From positions 13,889-77,888 of the forward strand of contig JBILPB010000001.1 of the NCBI GenBank assembly GCA_044374175.1: a DNA stretch of 64,000 nucleotides. The letters are read 5' to 3'. The notes under the pieces were generated by a model. It was not told the origin of the DNA, made no database searches, and saw only the letters and a program-made list of their open reading frames with translations. Numbering within the stretch: position 1 is the first letter of the stretch; each line of letters starts with the position of its first letter. A program made the position numbers and the translations under genes. Below are positions 10,406 to 22,100 of the stretch, in pieces. The DNA is from Bacteroidia bacterium (GTDB lineage: Bacteria > Bacteroidota > Bacteroidia > UBA4408).

Positions 10406-11350
10406 TTATTCAACAATCATCTTTTCAAAGTGAATGTTATTTTGTGTTCTAACTTCAATAAAGTAAATGCCTTTGCATCGACTTTCAAATTGAACTGTTA
10501 AGTTCAAATCATCTTTAGCAAAACTTTTGGAATTAATGAGTTGTAAATTGCTGTTATAAACACAGATTGTTTTAACCGCTGATTTTGAAATATTAATGCT
10601 AACTTCTCCATTTGATGAAGGGTTGGGAGATAACACCAATGGTGTCAGTATGCTGGGTTTAATTAGATCCAAACCCACTGAGGTATTTACAATGGGAAAA
10701 ATAGCATAGTCAACATGCAATGGCCAGTTATATTTTAGAGTAAACCAGTTTCCGGATGCATCTTGTTCCCAGGATTGCTCTCTTGTGCCTGCATCGCCAT
10801 CCTTATTGGTGTATAATGCCACTGTATCTGTTAAATACAATTGCTCAAAATTAATGCCTATAGCAAAATTGCTATCAGTAAATAAAGCGTTGTTATAAAG
10901 TAAAACATTGCCATTCACTGTATCAATATCGCTTACTTTAATAGAATCTTTAAAGAAAATGTTTCCTGGACAAGGAGCATTTGTTACAAGGGTATTTCTA
11001 CCTGTATTATTGAGATCATAAAAATTAACACCAACATAAGAGGAATCATTGAGTGAAACATATGATTTGAAGCCAAAATTAATAATTACTCCAAATATGT
11101 TACAAAGGTTCCCTGCGTGAAACTCTTGTACCTTAGCTTTGTCTGAATAGGCATTGTTTCCTGAAACAAAACCACCTCCTAGCGATGGATAGACTTTGTA
11201 AGATAGACTGTCAAAATATTGTTTATTGAGTGTATCGTTTCCAGAAAGTAAAAGAGCACTATTGCAAAAAGCAATCTTACTGTTACTTGTCAAAAATACT
11301 AACAGGACCAAAAAGAATTTATTCATAGAATTAATTAATGAGCGGTGCAA
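10406..11350 (-). CDS. Hypothetical secreted protein with T9SS C-terminal sorting domain
   Basis: There is an N-terminal signal peptide. The C-terminus ...LSPNPSSNGEVSINIS...KGIYFIEVRTQNNIHFEKMIVE is a typical type-A CTD. Confidence 0.55.
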   Translation of the reverse strand: MHRSLINSMNKFFLVLLVFLTSNSKIAFCNSALLLSGNDTLNKQYFDSLSYKVYPSLGGGFVSGNNAYSDKAKVQEFHAGNLCNIFGVIINFGFKSYVSLNDSSYVGVNFYDLNNTGRNTLVTNAPCPGNIFFKDSIKVSDIDTVNGNVLLYNNALFTDSNFAIGINFEQLYLTDTVALYTNKDGDAGTREQSWEQDASGNWFTLKYNWPLHVDYAIFPIVNTSVGLDLIKPSILTPLVLSPNPSSNGEVSINISKSAVKTICVYNSNLQLINSKSFAKDDLNLTVQFESRCKGIYFIEVRTQNNIHFEKMIVE

Positions 11351-11479
11351 AAATAAGAAAACCGACCAATTGGTGGGTTTTCTTAAAAAGTATTTAAGTT
11401 AATTTTTACTTTGTAACAAACATTTTCTTAGTTACACTTTTATCATTGATAGTAATTGAATAATTGCAACATGTTTTAA

Positions 11480-14371
11480 CTAAACAACAAGCGATTGACT
11501 TTCATAACTCTCAATTGGAGGGCAGGCACAAATTAGATTTCTATCACCATAGGCATTATCAACTCTTGCAACACTTGGCCAAAACTTAGCTTCCATAATC
11601 CAAGGTAAAGGATAAACTGCTTTTTCACGAGTATAGGCATGTTTCCATTGGCTATTTATTACTGATTTAGCAGTGTGTGGAGCATTTTTTAATACATTGT
11701 CATCTTTATCAGCAATGCCATTTAAAACTTCATCTATTTCTTTTCTTATTTCTATCATGGCTTCACAAAACTTATCCAATTCTGCTTTTGATTCACTCTC
11801 GGTTGGCTCCACCATAATGGTATCTGCTACTGGGAAAGAAACTGTTGGAGCGTGAAAACCATAATCCATTAATCTTTTAGCAATATCTCCAACTTCAATA
11901 TGCGCTTCACGTTTAAATTCACGACAATCTAAAATCATTTCATGAGCGCATCTGCCATTGCTTCCGCTATATAAGGTTGGAAAAGAATCTTTCAATTTTT
12001 CTTTTATATAATTCGCATTTAAAATAGCAATTTTTGTAGCATCAGTTACACCTTGAGCACCAAGCATTTTAATATAACCATATGAAATCAATAAGATGAG
12101 TGCACTTCCCCAAGGAGCCGCTGATACGGCATGTATGGCTTGTTCGCCACCGGTTTTAACAATTGCATGACCTGGTAAAAAAGGTACTAATTGAGGTGCA
12201 ACACCTATTGGACCCATGCCTGGACCACCACCACCATGCGGAATAGCAAAGGTTTTATGCAAGTTTAAATGACAAACATCGGCACCTATGTTACCTGGAC
12301 TTGTTAATCCAACCTGTGCATTCATATTAGCGCCATCCATGTAAACCTGTCCACCATTTTGATGAATAATATCCGTTATTTCACAAATGCTCTCCTCGTA
12401 TACACCATGTGTTGATGGGTAGGTAACCATTAAACAAGAAAGTTCATTTTTGTGTTTTTCTGCTTTTTCTTTTAAATCGGCCACATCTATATTGCCCTTT
12501 TCATCACACTTCACCACAACAATATTCATTCCACACATTGCTGCAGATGCAGGATTGGTGCCGTGTGCAGATGAAGGAATTAAAGATACATTACGATGGT
12601 GATCCCCTCTCGATTCGTGATAAGCTCTAATAACCATCAAGCCAGCGTATTCTCCTTGTGCGCCTGAATTGGGCTGAAAACTCATGGCTGCAAATCCTGT
12701 AATTTCACAAAGATCTTTTTCCAATTGATCAATCATTGCTTTGTATCCTAAGGTTTGATTGCTTGGGGCAAATGGATGCATATTAGCAAATTCGGGCCAG
12801 GTAATAGGATACAATTCTGATGCTGCATTCAATTTCATGGTGCATGAACCTAAAGAAATCATTGAATGCGTTAATGATAGATCTTTATTTTCTAATCGTT
12901 TTATATAACGCATCATTTCACTTTCTGAATGATACGTGCTAAAAATAGGGTGTGTTAAAATTGGCGTTTTTCTGGACAATTCAGAGGAGTCAACAATGCT
13001 TTTATAGCTACTCAACTGGACATCTTTACCAAAACTTTTTTGACTAAACTGAGCAAATAAATCTAAAAGTGATTTTAAATCATCTACATATACCGTTTGA
13101 TCCATCGCAATCGTCAAATGTTCACCATCAAGGTAGTTCAAATTAATATGAGCATTATCTGCTAATTGTTTTAAACTGTCCATTTTTAATCCACTTGGAA
13201 TTTGAACACAAATGGTATCAAAAAACAAAGGATTAACAATTTTAAAACCTAGTTTAGATAATTCTTCAGCGGCAGCTACTGCAGATAAATGAACTTGTTG
13301 GGCAATTCCTTTTATTCCTTGTGGACCATGGTAAACCGCATACATACTAGCCATAATAGCAAGCAAAGCCTGGGCTGTACAGATGTTTGAGGTTGCCTTA
13401 TCTCTTCTGATATGTTGTTCACGCGTTTGCAAAGCCATACGCAATGCAGGTTTACCCGATGCATCAACAGACACACCAATAATTCTACCAGGAATAACTC
13501 TTTTAAATTCTTCGCGACAAGCAAAAAATGCAGCATGTGGACCTCCAAAGCCCATTGGCACACCAAAACGCTGTGAATTACCTACAACAACATCGGCACC
13601 CCAAAAACCAGGAGGCGTTAAAATTGCTAAACTGAGTAAATCTGCAGCCACAACAACACCAATTTCATGTTTTTTAACTTCATCAACAAAAGCTTTGTAA
13701 TTATTTACAGCACCATCTTTACCTGGGTATTGAATAAGTAATCCAAAGTAGCTAGCATCCAGCTTCGCAGTTTTATAATCTCCAATGATAAGTTCTATGC
13801 CAACTGGTACAGCTCTTGTTTTAAGCACATCAGCGGTTTGGTCGAAACAGTTTTGATCTACAAAAAATTTGTTTGCATTTCTTTTGGTTGCTTCTTTAGT
13901 TCTATTGTGAAACAACATAGTCATGGCTTCTGCTGCAGCTGTACCTTCATCAAGTAATGATGCATTGGCAATTTCCATTCCTGTTAAATCCATTACCATA
14001 GTTTGGAAGTTTAAAATTGCTTCTAAACGACCTTGTGCAATCTCTGCTTGATAGGGTGTATAAGCTGTATACCATCCTGGATTTTCTAAAATATTTCTTT
14101 GAATTACTGCTGGAATTATTGTGTTATAGTATCCTAATCCGATATAAGATTTACATACTTTGTTTTTGCTGGCTATATTTTTTAAATGCTTGTGATACTG
14201 ATATTCGCTCATTGCTGGCGCAATATTCAAAGGCTTTTTTAATCGAATGGCTGAAGGAACAGTTTGATTAATTAACTCATCAACGGATGCAGCGTTAATT
14301 GTTTTTAACATAGCATCTATTTCGTGTTGACGCGGGCCATTGTGACGATTTACAAATTGATCTGTATGCAT
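11480..14371 (-). CDS. gcvP: Glycine dehydrogenase (decarboxylating), glycine cleavage system P protein
   Basis: 963 aa in a single chain. The N-terminal FVNRHNGP and the PLP-binding regions are conserved. Confidence 0.95.
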   Translation of the reverse strand: MHTDQFVNRHNGPRQHEIDAMLKTINAASVDELINQTVPSAIRLKKPLNIAPAMSEYQYHKHLKNIASKNKVCKSYIGLGYYNTIIPAVIQRNILENPGWYTAYTPYQAEIAQGRLEAILNFQTMVMDLTGMEIANASLLDEGTAAAEAMTMLFHNRTKEATKRNANKFFVDQNCFDQTADVLKTRAVPVGIELIIGDYKTAKLDASYFGLLIQYPGKDGAVNNYKAFVDEVKKHEIGVVVAADLLSLAILTPPGFWGADVVVGNSQRFGVPMGFGGPHAAFFACREEFKRVIPGRIIGVSVDASGKPALRMALQTREQHIRRDKATSNICTAQALLAIMASMYAVYHGPQGIKGIAQQVHLSAVAAAEELSKLGFKIVNPLFFDTICVQIPSGLKMDSLKQLADNAHINLNYLDGEHLTIAMDQTVYVDDLKSLLDLFAQFSQKSFGKDVQLSSYKSIVDSSELSRKTPILTHPIFSTYHSESEMMRYIKRLENKDLSLTHSMISLGSCTMKLNAASELYPITWPEFANMHPFAPSNQTLGYKAMIDQLEKDLCEITGFAAMSFQPNSGAQGEYAGLMVIRAYHESRGDHHRNVSLIPSSAHGTNPASAAMCGMNIVVVKCDEKGNIDVADLKEKAEKHKNELSCLMVTYPSTHGVYEESICEITDIIHQNGGQVYMDGANMNAQVGLTSPGNIGADVCHLNLHKTFAIPHGGGGPGMGPIGVAPQLVPFLPGHAIVKTGGEQAIHAVSAAPWGSALILLISYGYIKMLGAQGVTDATKIAILNANYIKEKLKDSFPTLYSGSNGRCAHEMILDCREFKREAHIEVGDIAKRLMDYGFHAPTVSFPVADTIMVEPTESESKAELDKFCEAMIEIRKEIDEVLNGIADKDDNVLKNAPHTAKSVINSQWKHAYTREKAVYPLPWIMEAKFWPSVARVDNAYGDRNLICACPPIESYESQSLVV

Positions 14372-14507
14372 TTTAAGAGTTTTATTTAAGTATCAAAAAT
14401 GATTTTTATAAACAACAAATGTAAGTTGAAATAGTTGAATGTTCAAATCACTTTGCAAAGAATAATTTGGAATTAACTATCATTGTACTGAATTAAATAA
14501 GAGAAAA

Positions 14508-15137
14508 TTGGATATAATAAATCATTATTTTAATGTTTTAAGCGAACAGCAAACTATGCAGTTTGCTAAACTAGATGCTGTTTATCGAAACTGGAACGAG
14601 AAAATAAACGTAATATCCAGAAAGGATATAGAAGCACTTTACGAAAGACATGTATTGCATAGTTTGGCAATAGTAAAGGTGATTGATTTTAAACCCAATA
14701 CTGATATTTTAGATGTGGGTACAGGAGGAGGCTTTCCGGGTATTCCTTTGGCAATTTTGTTTCCTCAGTGTAAATTTACATTGGTAGATAGTATTGGCAA
14801 AAAAATTCAAGTTGTTAAAGCAGTAGCAGAGGAACTTGAGTTAAAAAATGTAGAAGCAATTCATATGCGTGCAGAGCAATCAAAAAAGCACTACGATTTT
14901 GTAGTAAGCAGAGCAGTGGCTCCTGCATTAGAAATAATTAATTGGACCAAAGATTTAATAAGCAAAAATCATTTTCATCAAAAACCTAATGGTTGGTTGT
15001 TACTCAAAGGTGGCGATTTGAAAGAGGAATTGGGAGCTACAAAAAAAAGTTATAAAATATACCCTATAAAACACTTTTTTAAAGAAGAGTTTTTTGAGGA
15101 AAAGGCTGTAATATACATTAGCAGCAAAAAAAATTAA
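14508..15137 (+). CDS. rsmG: 16S rRNA (guanine527-N7)-methyltransferase
   Basis: The SAM-binding motif LDVGTGGGFPGIPLAI is present. 209 aa. Confidence 0.85.
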   Translation: MDIINHYFNVLSEQQTMQFAKLDAVYRNWNEKINVISRKDIEALYERHVLHSLAIVKVIDFKPNTDILDVGTGGGFPGIPLAILFPQCKFTLVDSIGKKIQVVKAVAEELELKNVEAIHMRAEQSKKHYDFVVSRAVAPALEIINWTKDLISKNHFHQKPNGWLLLKGGDLKEELGATKKSYKIYPIKHFFKEEFFEEKAVIYISSKKN

Positions 15138-15164
15138 GATAATAAAATTTTAAATGAGTTGAAA

Positions 15165-15198
15165 TAAAAAAGGGAAGTAAATTACTTCCCTTTTTTAT
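15165..15198. terminator. Bidirectional rho-independent terminator between rsmG and the convergent DUF2723 gene
   Basis: The sequence is aaaaaagggaagtaaattacttccctttttt. The stem is perfect (gggaagtaa/ttacttccc) with an A-run and T-run on either side. Confidence 0.7.
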
Positions 15199-15203
15199 TT
15201 GGA

Positions 15204-18200
15204 TTACATTCCAGCAGAGTAGCCAGCTGTTAATTTTTTAAACCTGTCATCAAAATCCTTAGCAAGCGTTTCCTGCTTATTCATTCGTGCCACTTGACCA
15301 ATCCTTTGCATCACGGCCATTGCTTGTTGTTTTTCAGAGTCAATGTTTTCGGCCAGTTTTCCTTTAAAACGGAAGTAATATTTTAAATCTTCTTCATATA
15401 TGTCGGCAATATCCTTTAAAAGTTGATTGGCTTCATTGTTCATACTTAACTTATAGTATACTTCAGCAATTGGGAGCATAAAATAATTGTAAGGAATGTT
15501 TTTTCTTGGCATTTCTTTCATACATAATGCTAATGCTTTTTTAGCTTGTTCAGTTTTTCCTTCAAGCAAAAGTGATTCAGCCAAACGAGCAAAATTGTTT
15601 CTTAAATTCATGGTCATACGAAGATTATTTTCGTCCATATAAACACCTTCGGTGCTCATGCCTCCCCATTTAAACTTATTCATCATATTGTTGTACATGA
15701 TGTCAGTATTTGCTTTCCCTGTTTGTCCATCATTAGTTTGCATACGCATAGGAACTAAACGGTAAGCAAGGCCTTCTAATTGAAAATATGGTTCAAGATT
15801 CATATAGGCATCATCACCAACCGTAACGGCAAAATAAATAGGTCTTTTCCAATTATTTGTAGCAATGATATCCATAATCATCAAATCATTTTTCATGATG
15901 TATTGCTTGTTAATTTTCCAAGGCATTTCTTTTAAAATTTGGCCCTCCATTCCTTTAGGAACTGTTCCATTATTTACTACCGTAGCACTATCAACCGGTA
16001 TTTTAATTTTATCTGTTGGTAAATAGCTCAATTCCATACCACTTTGTGTTTGAATTTTTGCTTGTGGTTCTTCACTTGCTACAAACTCCATTAATTGCTT
16101 AATACTGTAGTACTTTGTACTGTCCTTAATAATGTTTGGGTTATAATAAACGGGCACATAATCTCTGGTACCTTGACGATATTGTTCTTCCTTTAAAGTT
16201 AATGGAATTGGATCTGAATCATAGGCTTTTCTTCGCATTTGTTCAATATACCAATCAGTATTTGATAAACTCAAATTTACAACTCGTACATCTGTTCTTA
16301 TTCCTTCAACTTCCTGCGCATACCAGAGCGGGAAGGTGTCATTATCACCGTTAGTAAATAATATGGCATTTGGAGCGCATGAGTTCAAATAATTAGCAGC
16401 AAAGTCACGTGCTGTGTATCTATCGCTGCGATCATGATCATCCCAACCTTCTTTTGCCATAAGCACCGGTGCTGAAAATAATCCTATAATTATTGCGATT
16501 AATGTGGCAATATTGGCAGCAACTTTTTTAGAGAGTAAGTCAGCAATTCCATAAACACCTAATCCAATCCAAATGGCAAAGGCATAAAATGAACCAACGT
16601 AGCCATAATCTCTTTCACGAGGCTGATATGGTGTGTTGTTCAAATAAATAATAATGGCAACGCCCGTTAAAACAAATAAAAGGAAAACGATAAATCCATC
16701 CAACCTGTCACGTTTAAAATGAAAGAATAATCCTATTAATCCTAAAATAAGTGGTAAAAAATAAAAACGGTTATATCCTTTATTGGAAGTCATGCTAGAA
16801 GGCAAGTTTTCTTGAGGACCTAATCTGGCTGCATCAATTGGAGCGACACCACTAAGCCAATTTCCTTTTAAAACACCTCCATGTCCTTGAATATCATTTT
16901 GACGACCCACAAAATTCCACATAAAATATCTGGCATACATGTGACCAATTTGATACCTAAAAAAGAAGGTTAAATTTTCGCCAAAAGTTGGTTTCATTAA
17001 TGTTTTAGGCTCTCCACTTTGATCAGTAATACTTACTGGTGTACCTTGTATATCAGCCCAATCGCGATAACCGGTCACATGATTTCTTTGGTCACTATGC
17101 ATTCTTGGGAAAATTGTACAAAAACGCTTGTCATAGTTAGGAATACTGTTTTTTTTATCTTGTGTAATTACGTACTTGCCAACTTTGGTATCTTTGGTAT
17201 AAGTCGGATTCCCATCTTTATAGGGCTGTGCTGGGTCTAGTGGAGCATTGTAATATTGACCATAAAGAATTGGCCAGTCGCCATATTGCTCTCTGTTTAA
17301 ATATGATAATAGATTAATGGCATTTTCTGGATTGTTTTCATCCATTGGAGGGTTTGCTTGAGAACGAATAACTAATGTAAAAAATGATGAATAGCCAATC
17401 AATAACATAGTAATGGCTAAAATACCCGTGTTTAAAGCGGCTTTATTAGTTTTTGTAGTATACCATAAGCCCCAGATTGATGCCGATAAAACCAGGATAA
17501 AATAAAATATTGTTCCTGAATTGAAAGGCAATCCTAAACTATTTACAAAAAACAGCTCAAACTTGGCAGCCCAGCTAACAATACCAGGGATTATCCCAGC
17601 CTGCACAATTCCTAAAGTAAGAACGGAAATAACTGAAGCTAAAATAAATCCATTGCGCGTAATTTTATAGCGTTTAAAGTAATAAACAAATACGATAGCA
17701 GGTATTGCAAGTAAGTTTAACAAATGGACACCAATAGATAAGCCCATTAAAAATGCAATTAAAATAATCCAACGCAGAGAATGTGGCTCATCAGCGACTT
17801 CTTCCCACTTTAAAATGGCCCAAAATACGATTGCAGTAAAGAAAGATGACATGGCATAAACCTCACCTTCAACTGCAGAGAACCAAAATGAATCAGAAAA
17901 TGTATAAGCTAAACTTCCTACGATTCCACTGCCTAAGATGGTAAGAATTTTTGTGTTATTTAATTCTCCTGACTTTATCGCTATTTTTTTTGCAAATGCA
18001 GTAATAGTCCAAAAGAGGAAAAGAATAGTAAACGCACTGCAAATACCATTCATTGCATTAATCATGAGTGCAGCTCCGTGCTCATCAGAAAATAAAGTAA
18101 AAAACCTGCCTATCAAGTTAAATAAAGGAGCACCTGGCGGATGCCCAACTTCTAATTTAAATGCCGTAGAAATATACTCACCACAGTCCCAAAAACTAGC

Positions 18201-18287
18201 CGTAGGTTCAATGGTTGAAAGATAAACAAATGCTGCAATTAGAAAAACTGCCCACCCTGTTAACGTATTAATTTTTTTATAGGTCAT
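15204..18287 (-). CDS. Large polytopic membrane protein, DUF2723 (TMEM260/PMT-like glycosyltransferase-fold) with a C-terminal TPR-like region
   Basis: The N-terminus reads ...YLSTIEPTASFWDCGEYISTAFKLEVGHPPGAPLF, matching the DUF2723 signature. Many TM helices span the first ~600 aa. The C-terminal ~250 aa is helical and repeat-like. Assigned from memory of the family signature. Confidence 0.55.
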   Translation of the reverse strand: MTYKKINTLTGWAVFLIAAFVYLSTIEPTASFWDCGEYISTAFKLEVGHPPGAPLFNLIGRFFTLFSDEHGAALMINAMNGICSAFTILFLFWTITAFAKKIAIKSGELNNTKILTILGSGIVGSLAYTFSDSFWFSAVEGEVYAMSSFFTAIVFWAILKWEEVADEPHSLRWIILIAFLMGLSIGVHLLNLLAIPAIVFVYYFKRYKITRNGFILASVISVLTLGIVQAGIIPGIVSWAAKFELFFVNSLGLPFNSGTIFYFILVLSASIWGLWYTTKTNKAALNTGILAITMLLIGYSSFFTLVIRSQANPPMDENNPENAINLLSYLNREQYGDWPILYGQYYNAPLDPAQPYKDGNPTYTKDTKVGKYVITQDKKNSIPNYDKRFCTIFPRMHSDQRNHVTGYRDWADIQGTPVSITDQSGEPKTLMKPTFGENLTFFFRYQIGHMYARYFMWNFVGRQNDIQGHGGVLKGNWLSGVAPIDAARLGPQENLPSSMTSNKGYNRFYFLPLILGLIGLFFHFKRDRLDGFIVFLLFVLTGVAIIIYLNNTPYQPRERDYGYVGSFYAFAIWIGLGVYGIADLLSKKVAANIATLIAIIIGLFSAPVLMAKEGWDDHDRSDRYTARDFAANYLNSCAPNAILFTNGDNDTFPLWYAQEVEGIRTDVRVVNLSLSNTDWYIEQMRRKAYDSDPIPLTLKEEQYRQGTRDYVPVYYNPNIIKDSTKYYSIKQLMEFVASEEPQAKIQTQSGMELSYLPTDKIKIPVDSATVVNNGTVPKGMEGQILKEMPWKINKQYIMKNDLMIMDIIATNNWKRPIYFAVTVGDDAYMNLEPYFQLEGLAYRLVPMRMQTNDGQTGKANTDIMYNNMMNKFKWGGMSTEGVYMDENNLRMTMNLRNNFARLAESLLLEGKTEQAKKALALCMKEMPRKNIPYNYFMLPIAEVYYKLSMNNEANQLLKDIADIYEEDLKYYFRFKGKLAENIDSEKQQAMAVMQRIGQVARMNKQETLAKDFDDRFKKLTAGYSAGM

Positions 18288-18622
18288 AATGTAAATTTAG
18301 TATACTTTTATTTGACTTTTATTAAAGCAAAGAGTTTTAGAATGCTTTTTAAAGGCTGCGAATTTAGAAAAATTAATTCTGAAAATTTAAATTGATAAAT
18401 TTTAAACGTGATGTAGATTTTATTTTATTTTTTTTAACCCTTATTTTAACAAATTAAAAAGCTGAAAATAAGTTATTTAACCTAATTTTTGATAAGGGAG
18501 TATAAACGCAGAATGCCAATAATTGTTTCGAAAAATAAAAAAAATATTTGTTAAAACTAATTTTGTACCTAAATTGCGCTATCAAATCTAATTCATTTAA
18601 ACCCAAAATCAAATAAATAACT

Positions 18623-19147
18623 ATGTTAAACAAACCAATTAAAATCAGAAAGATGGCCATCTTGTCAATGGCTCTTATTTTTTGGCTTTCAGGTGTAAGT
18701 TTATTTGCTCAAAACAAGCAAGCTAACTCTACCGAGCCAGAAAAAAAGCAAGTTCCAACAGCTCAACCAAAAGTTTCATTGAGCAATCAACAACCTAGTG
18801 TTGTGAAACAAGATGATGCTTCAAAAAAAAGAGCAGCATTGGAACAGAAAAGAAAGGATGAGCAAGCCCTTGAGGCAAAAAAGCAATCTTTAGCTAAAGA
18901 AAATGCAAAGGAAACAAAAACCTCAAGTCAAATGCAATCTACCTCTGCAAAAGCCCCGATTAATGCTGTGCAAAGTGCTTCTGCAAAAAATGATGTAAAA
19001 GCAAATGATGTTCAAAAAGATTGGGAAATAAAGAAAGCTAAAATAAGTGCTGATTTAAAGGCCAAAGGCGCTTCTCAAAATGATATTGATAAGCAAATTG
19101 CCACTATGGAAAAGCAAATGAACATTAATAACAAATCAAACAAATAA
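18623..19147 (+). CDS. Small secreted low-complexity (K/Q/A/E-rich) protein, co-transcribed with the giant adhesin gene
   Basis: The signal peptide is MAILSMALIFWLSGVSLFAQN. The rest is a lysine- and glutamine-rich, probably coiled-coil or disordered region. Its stop is 3 nt before the start of the 2381-aa ORF. Confidence 0.5.
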   Translation: MLNKPIKIRKMAILSMALIFWLSGVSLFAQNKQANSTEPEKKQVPTAQPKVSLSNQQPSVVKQDDASKKRAALEQKRKDEQALEAKKQSLAKENAKETKTSSQMQSTSAKAPINAVQSASAKNDVKANDVQKDWEIKKAKISADLKAKGASQNDIDKQIATMEKQMNINNKSNK

Positions 19148-19149
19148 CT

Positions 19150-22100
19150 ATGATAAACAGGTACAAATTATTTTCGAAGCTGAGTGCATTTATTGCGCTT
19201 TTTGCTTTGATGTGCAATACCTTGTGGGCTCAAACCTATCAAGTAGGCACAGGGACAATACAAAATACAACTTTTGGTTATCCTGCCCCTTATGGAAACT
19301 TTTACTGGGGTGCAAGACATCAGTTTTTAGTAACTGCTGCTGAATTACAGGCTGCAGGAGCTTCAAATGGAGATATCAATTCAGTTGGCTTTGATGTGGT
19401 TACTCCAGCAGGAATTCCATTAACTAATTTTGAAATAAAAATTGGAACAACTGCCACCACAGACTTAACCACATGGGAAGCAGGCTTGATATCTGTTTTT
19501 TATGCACCAAGCTATACTGAGGTTGCTGGTGTGAATGTACATCCATTTACCACACCTTTTAATTGGGATGGTGTTAGTAACATTATTATTGAAACTTGTT
19601 TTAATAATTCAGCTTTTGATTTGAACGCAGTTGTTAATCAATCTGCAACTGCTTTCAACTCAACAGTTTTCTATCGTGCTGATGCACCTGGAGTTTGTGC
19701 TAATCCAGCAATAGCTTTTGATGCACCAGTAGCTCAAAGACCTAATATGTATTTTGATATTAGTGGTGGATTTCCTTGTATTGACCCGCCAACAGCAGGT
19801 GTTACAATTGCAAACTTAAACCCAGTTTGTGCGAATGATAATTTAGTTTTAACACTACAAGGTCAATCTACAGGTTCAGGCCAAACATACCAATGGCAAA
19901 ATTCACCTGATGGAACCAACTGGTCTCCTATAATCGGTGCAAACTCTTCTGCCTATGTAACAAATCAAACAGTTACAACTTATTATAGATGTTTAGTAAC
20001 TTGTGGAGCTTCTAGCGTACCTTCAGATTTTGTAATGGTTACTAGTAATCCGCCAACGCAATGTTATTGCGATGCGAGTATCACTTTTGTACCGTTTGAT
20101 GAGTATATTTCTGATGTGCAAGTTGCAGGTATCACCAACCCAAGTGGTGGTACTCCTGGAGGTTATATAGATTATACTTCTATTGTTATTCCAATGTCAA
20201 TTGGAACCGATCATCCAATTACAGTAATTAATGGTTTGGCTCCTTTGTATGCAGGCGATCAAGTTGGTATCTGGGTTGACTGGAATCAAGATGGTGATTT
20301 TTATGATTTAGGTGAAGCTATGTCTGTTACTGGAAATCCAAGTGCAGGACCATATACCTCTATTATTAACCCACCTGTTGGAAGCCCACTAGGATTGACA
20401 AGAATGAGAGTGAGATTAACTTTCACAGGCATCGTAGATCCTTGTGGAATTACTACTTATGGTGAAACAGAAGATTACACAGTTGATGTTCAGCCAGCAC
20501 CTACTTGTCCTTTTGCAACAGGTATCGCATTTAGTAACATTACAACAACAAGTGCTGATATCGATTGGGCTGATGGTCCAACCGCTGTGGGTTACGAAAT
20601 TCGTTGGAAGGCTTTAGCAGACTTACCTACAGTTCCAACATGGGCAACTCCAACTGCAACAGCTACTTCAAACTATAGCTTTGCAGGTTTATTACCAAAC
20701 ACAGTGTATGAAGCACAAATTTCTATAGATTGTGGTGGAGGTGATTTAAGTGGATTTACTTTCAGTTATACTTTTCAAACTTCTTGTGGACTTACAGTAT
20801 GCCCAGTTGGCGCTATTGTTGAAGCCGAAGCTTGTGGCGATGATTTAAATGGAGGCTGTAACATGCCAGTTCCAGTGTATGATCCTATTGCTTGTGGTGA
20901 AACAGTTTGTGGAAATGCATATTCTACTGCCGCGACACGCGATACTGATTGGTATACCTTTACTTTAACTCAACCTAGTACAGTTACTTGGAGTGTTGAT
21001 GCCGATTTTCCTGCATTAATTGGTTACGTTGATCCTGCAGCAGGTTGTGCTGCTCCGGTTTTCTTTAACCTTGCTCAAAATACTGGAGAATGTACAGGAG
21101 CGGTTTCTGTTCAAAATTTAGCTGCGGGTACTTGGTGGTTATTTGTAGCAAACTCTACATTTGATGATGCTTATAATTGTACTTCTGGTAAAACCAAATA
21201 TGTTGGAACTTTATCATGTGTACCTTTAGCTGTTGCAGCAAATGATGAGTGCGCAGGTGCTATTTCATTGGTTCAGGATGTAAACTGCAACCCAACTACT
21301 GCAAATATTGATAACTCAACACAATCTTTACCTGGTTGTGCTGCAGGTAGCACGGCCAATGATGACGTTTGGTTCTCATTTGTGGCTGTAAATACTACTG
21401 CTCAAGTTATAGTAGCAGGTTCAGCTTCTTTTGATGCAGTGGTTCAAGTATTTGATGCCTGCGCTGGAAACAGTTTAGCTTGTATCGATGGAACGCTTGC
21501 CGGTGGAACAGAAACCGCTACAGTTACAGGTTTAACTATTGGAAACACTTATTATGTAAGAGTATTTGATTATGAAATTGGAACTCCCGCAACTACCACT
21601 TTCGATATTTGTGTTGTTGACCCAGGAAGTATTATCATCATGAATAATAATAATGATGAAACAACTTGTAGCGCTGTGTTCTACGATTCAGGAGGTTCAG
21701 GTGCTGCTTACCAAAATAATGAAGCATTCACTAAAACAATTTACCCTGATGCGCCAAACAGTTTAGTGCAAGTTGTATTTAACTCTTTTGCAACTGAAAA
21801 TGGGTATGATGGTTTATTAATCTATAACGGACCTAATACTGCTTCTCCTTTAATTCCTTCAGGCTTGGCCGCAGGTTTCAATCCTGCAACTGCTCCAGCA
21901 AATTCATGGTATGGAACTACTAGCCCTGGTATTGTAACTTCAACAGATGTAACAGGTGCTTTAACTTTTGTATGGGCTTCTGAAACTTCATTTACTGCAG
22001 CAGGTTGGGATGCAACAGTAGGTTGTATTTCTTCTTTATTAGCTCCAAACTGTGCTGCAAATATTCAACCAGTTGATTTAAGTGTAGGTGTTAATCCAAA

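Noticed and set aside
11673-14271. Four short ORFs (11673-11855 +, 13312-13566 -, 13383-13700 +, 14017-14271 +) inside or antisense to gcvP
   Set aside because: They are embedded in a 963-aa well-conserved gene, and the out-of-frame or antisense translations have no recognisable motifs. I treat them as spurious.
14372-14507. Looked for a glycine riboswitch upstream of gcvP
   Set aside because: The region is only 135 bp and AT-rich, without the conserved GGAGAG...CACCG aptamer elements.
18454-18660. 68-aa minus-strand ORF overlapping the start of the 174-aa secreted-protein gene
   Set aside because: It sits in the divergent promoter region and overlaps the start of a better-supported gene. 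Its AT-rich codon composition gives an I/L/F-rich artefact.
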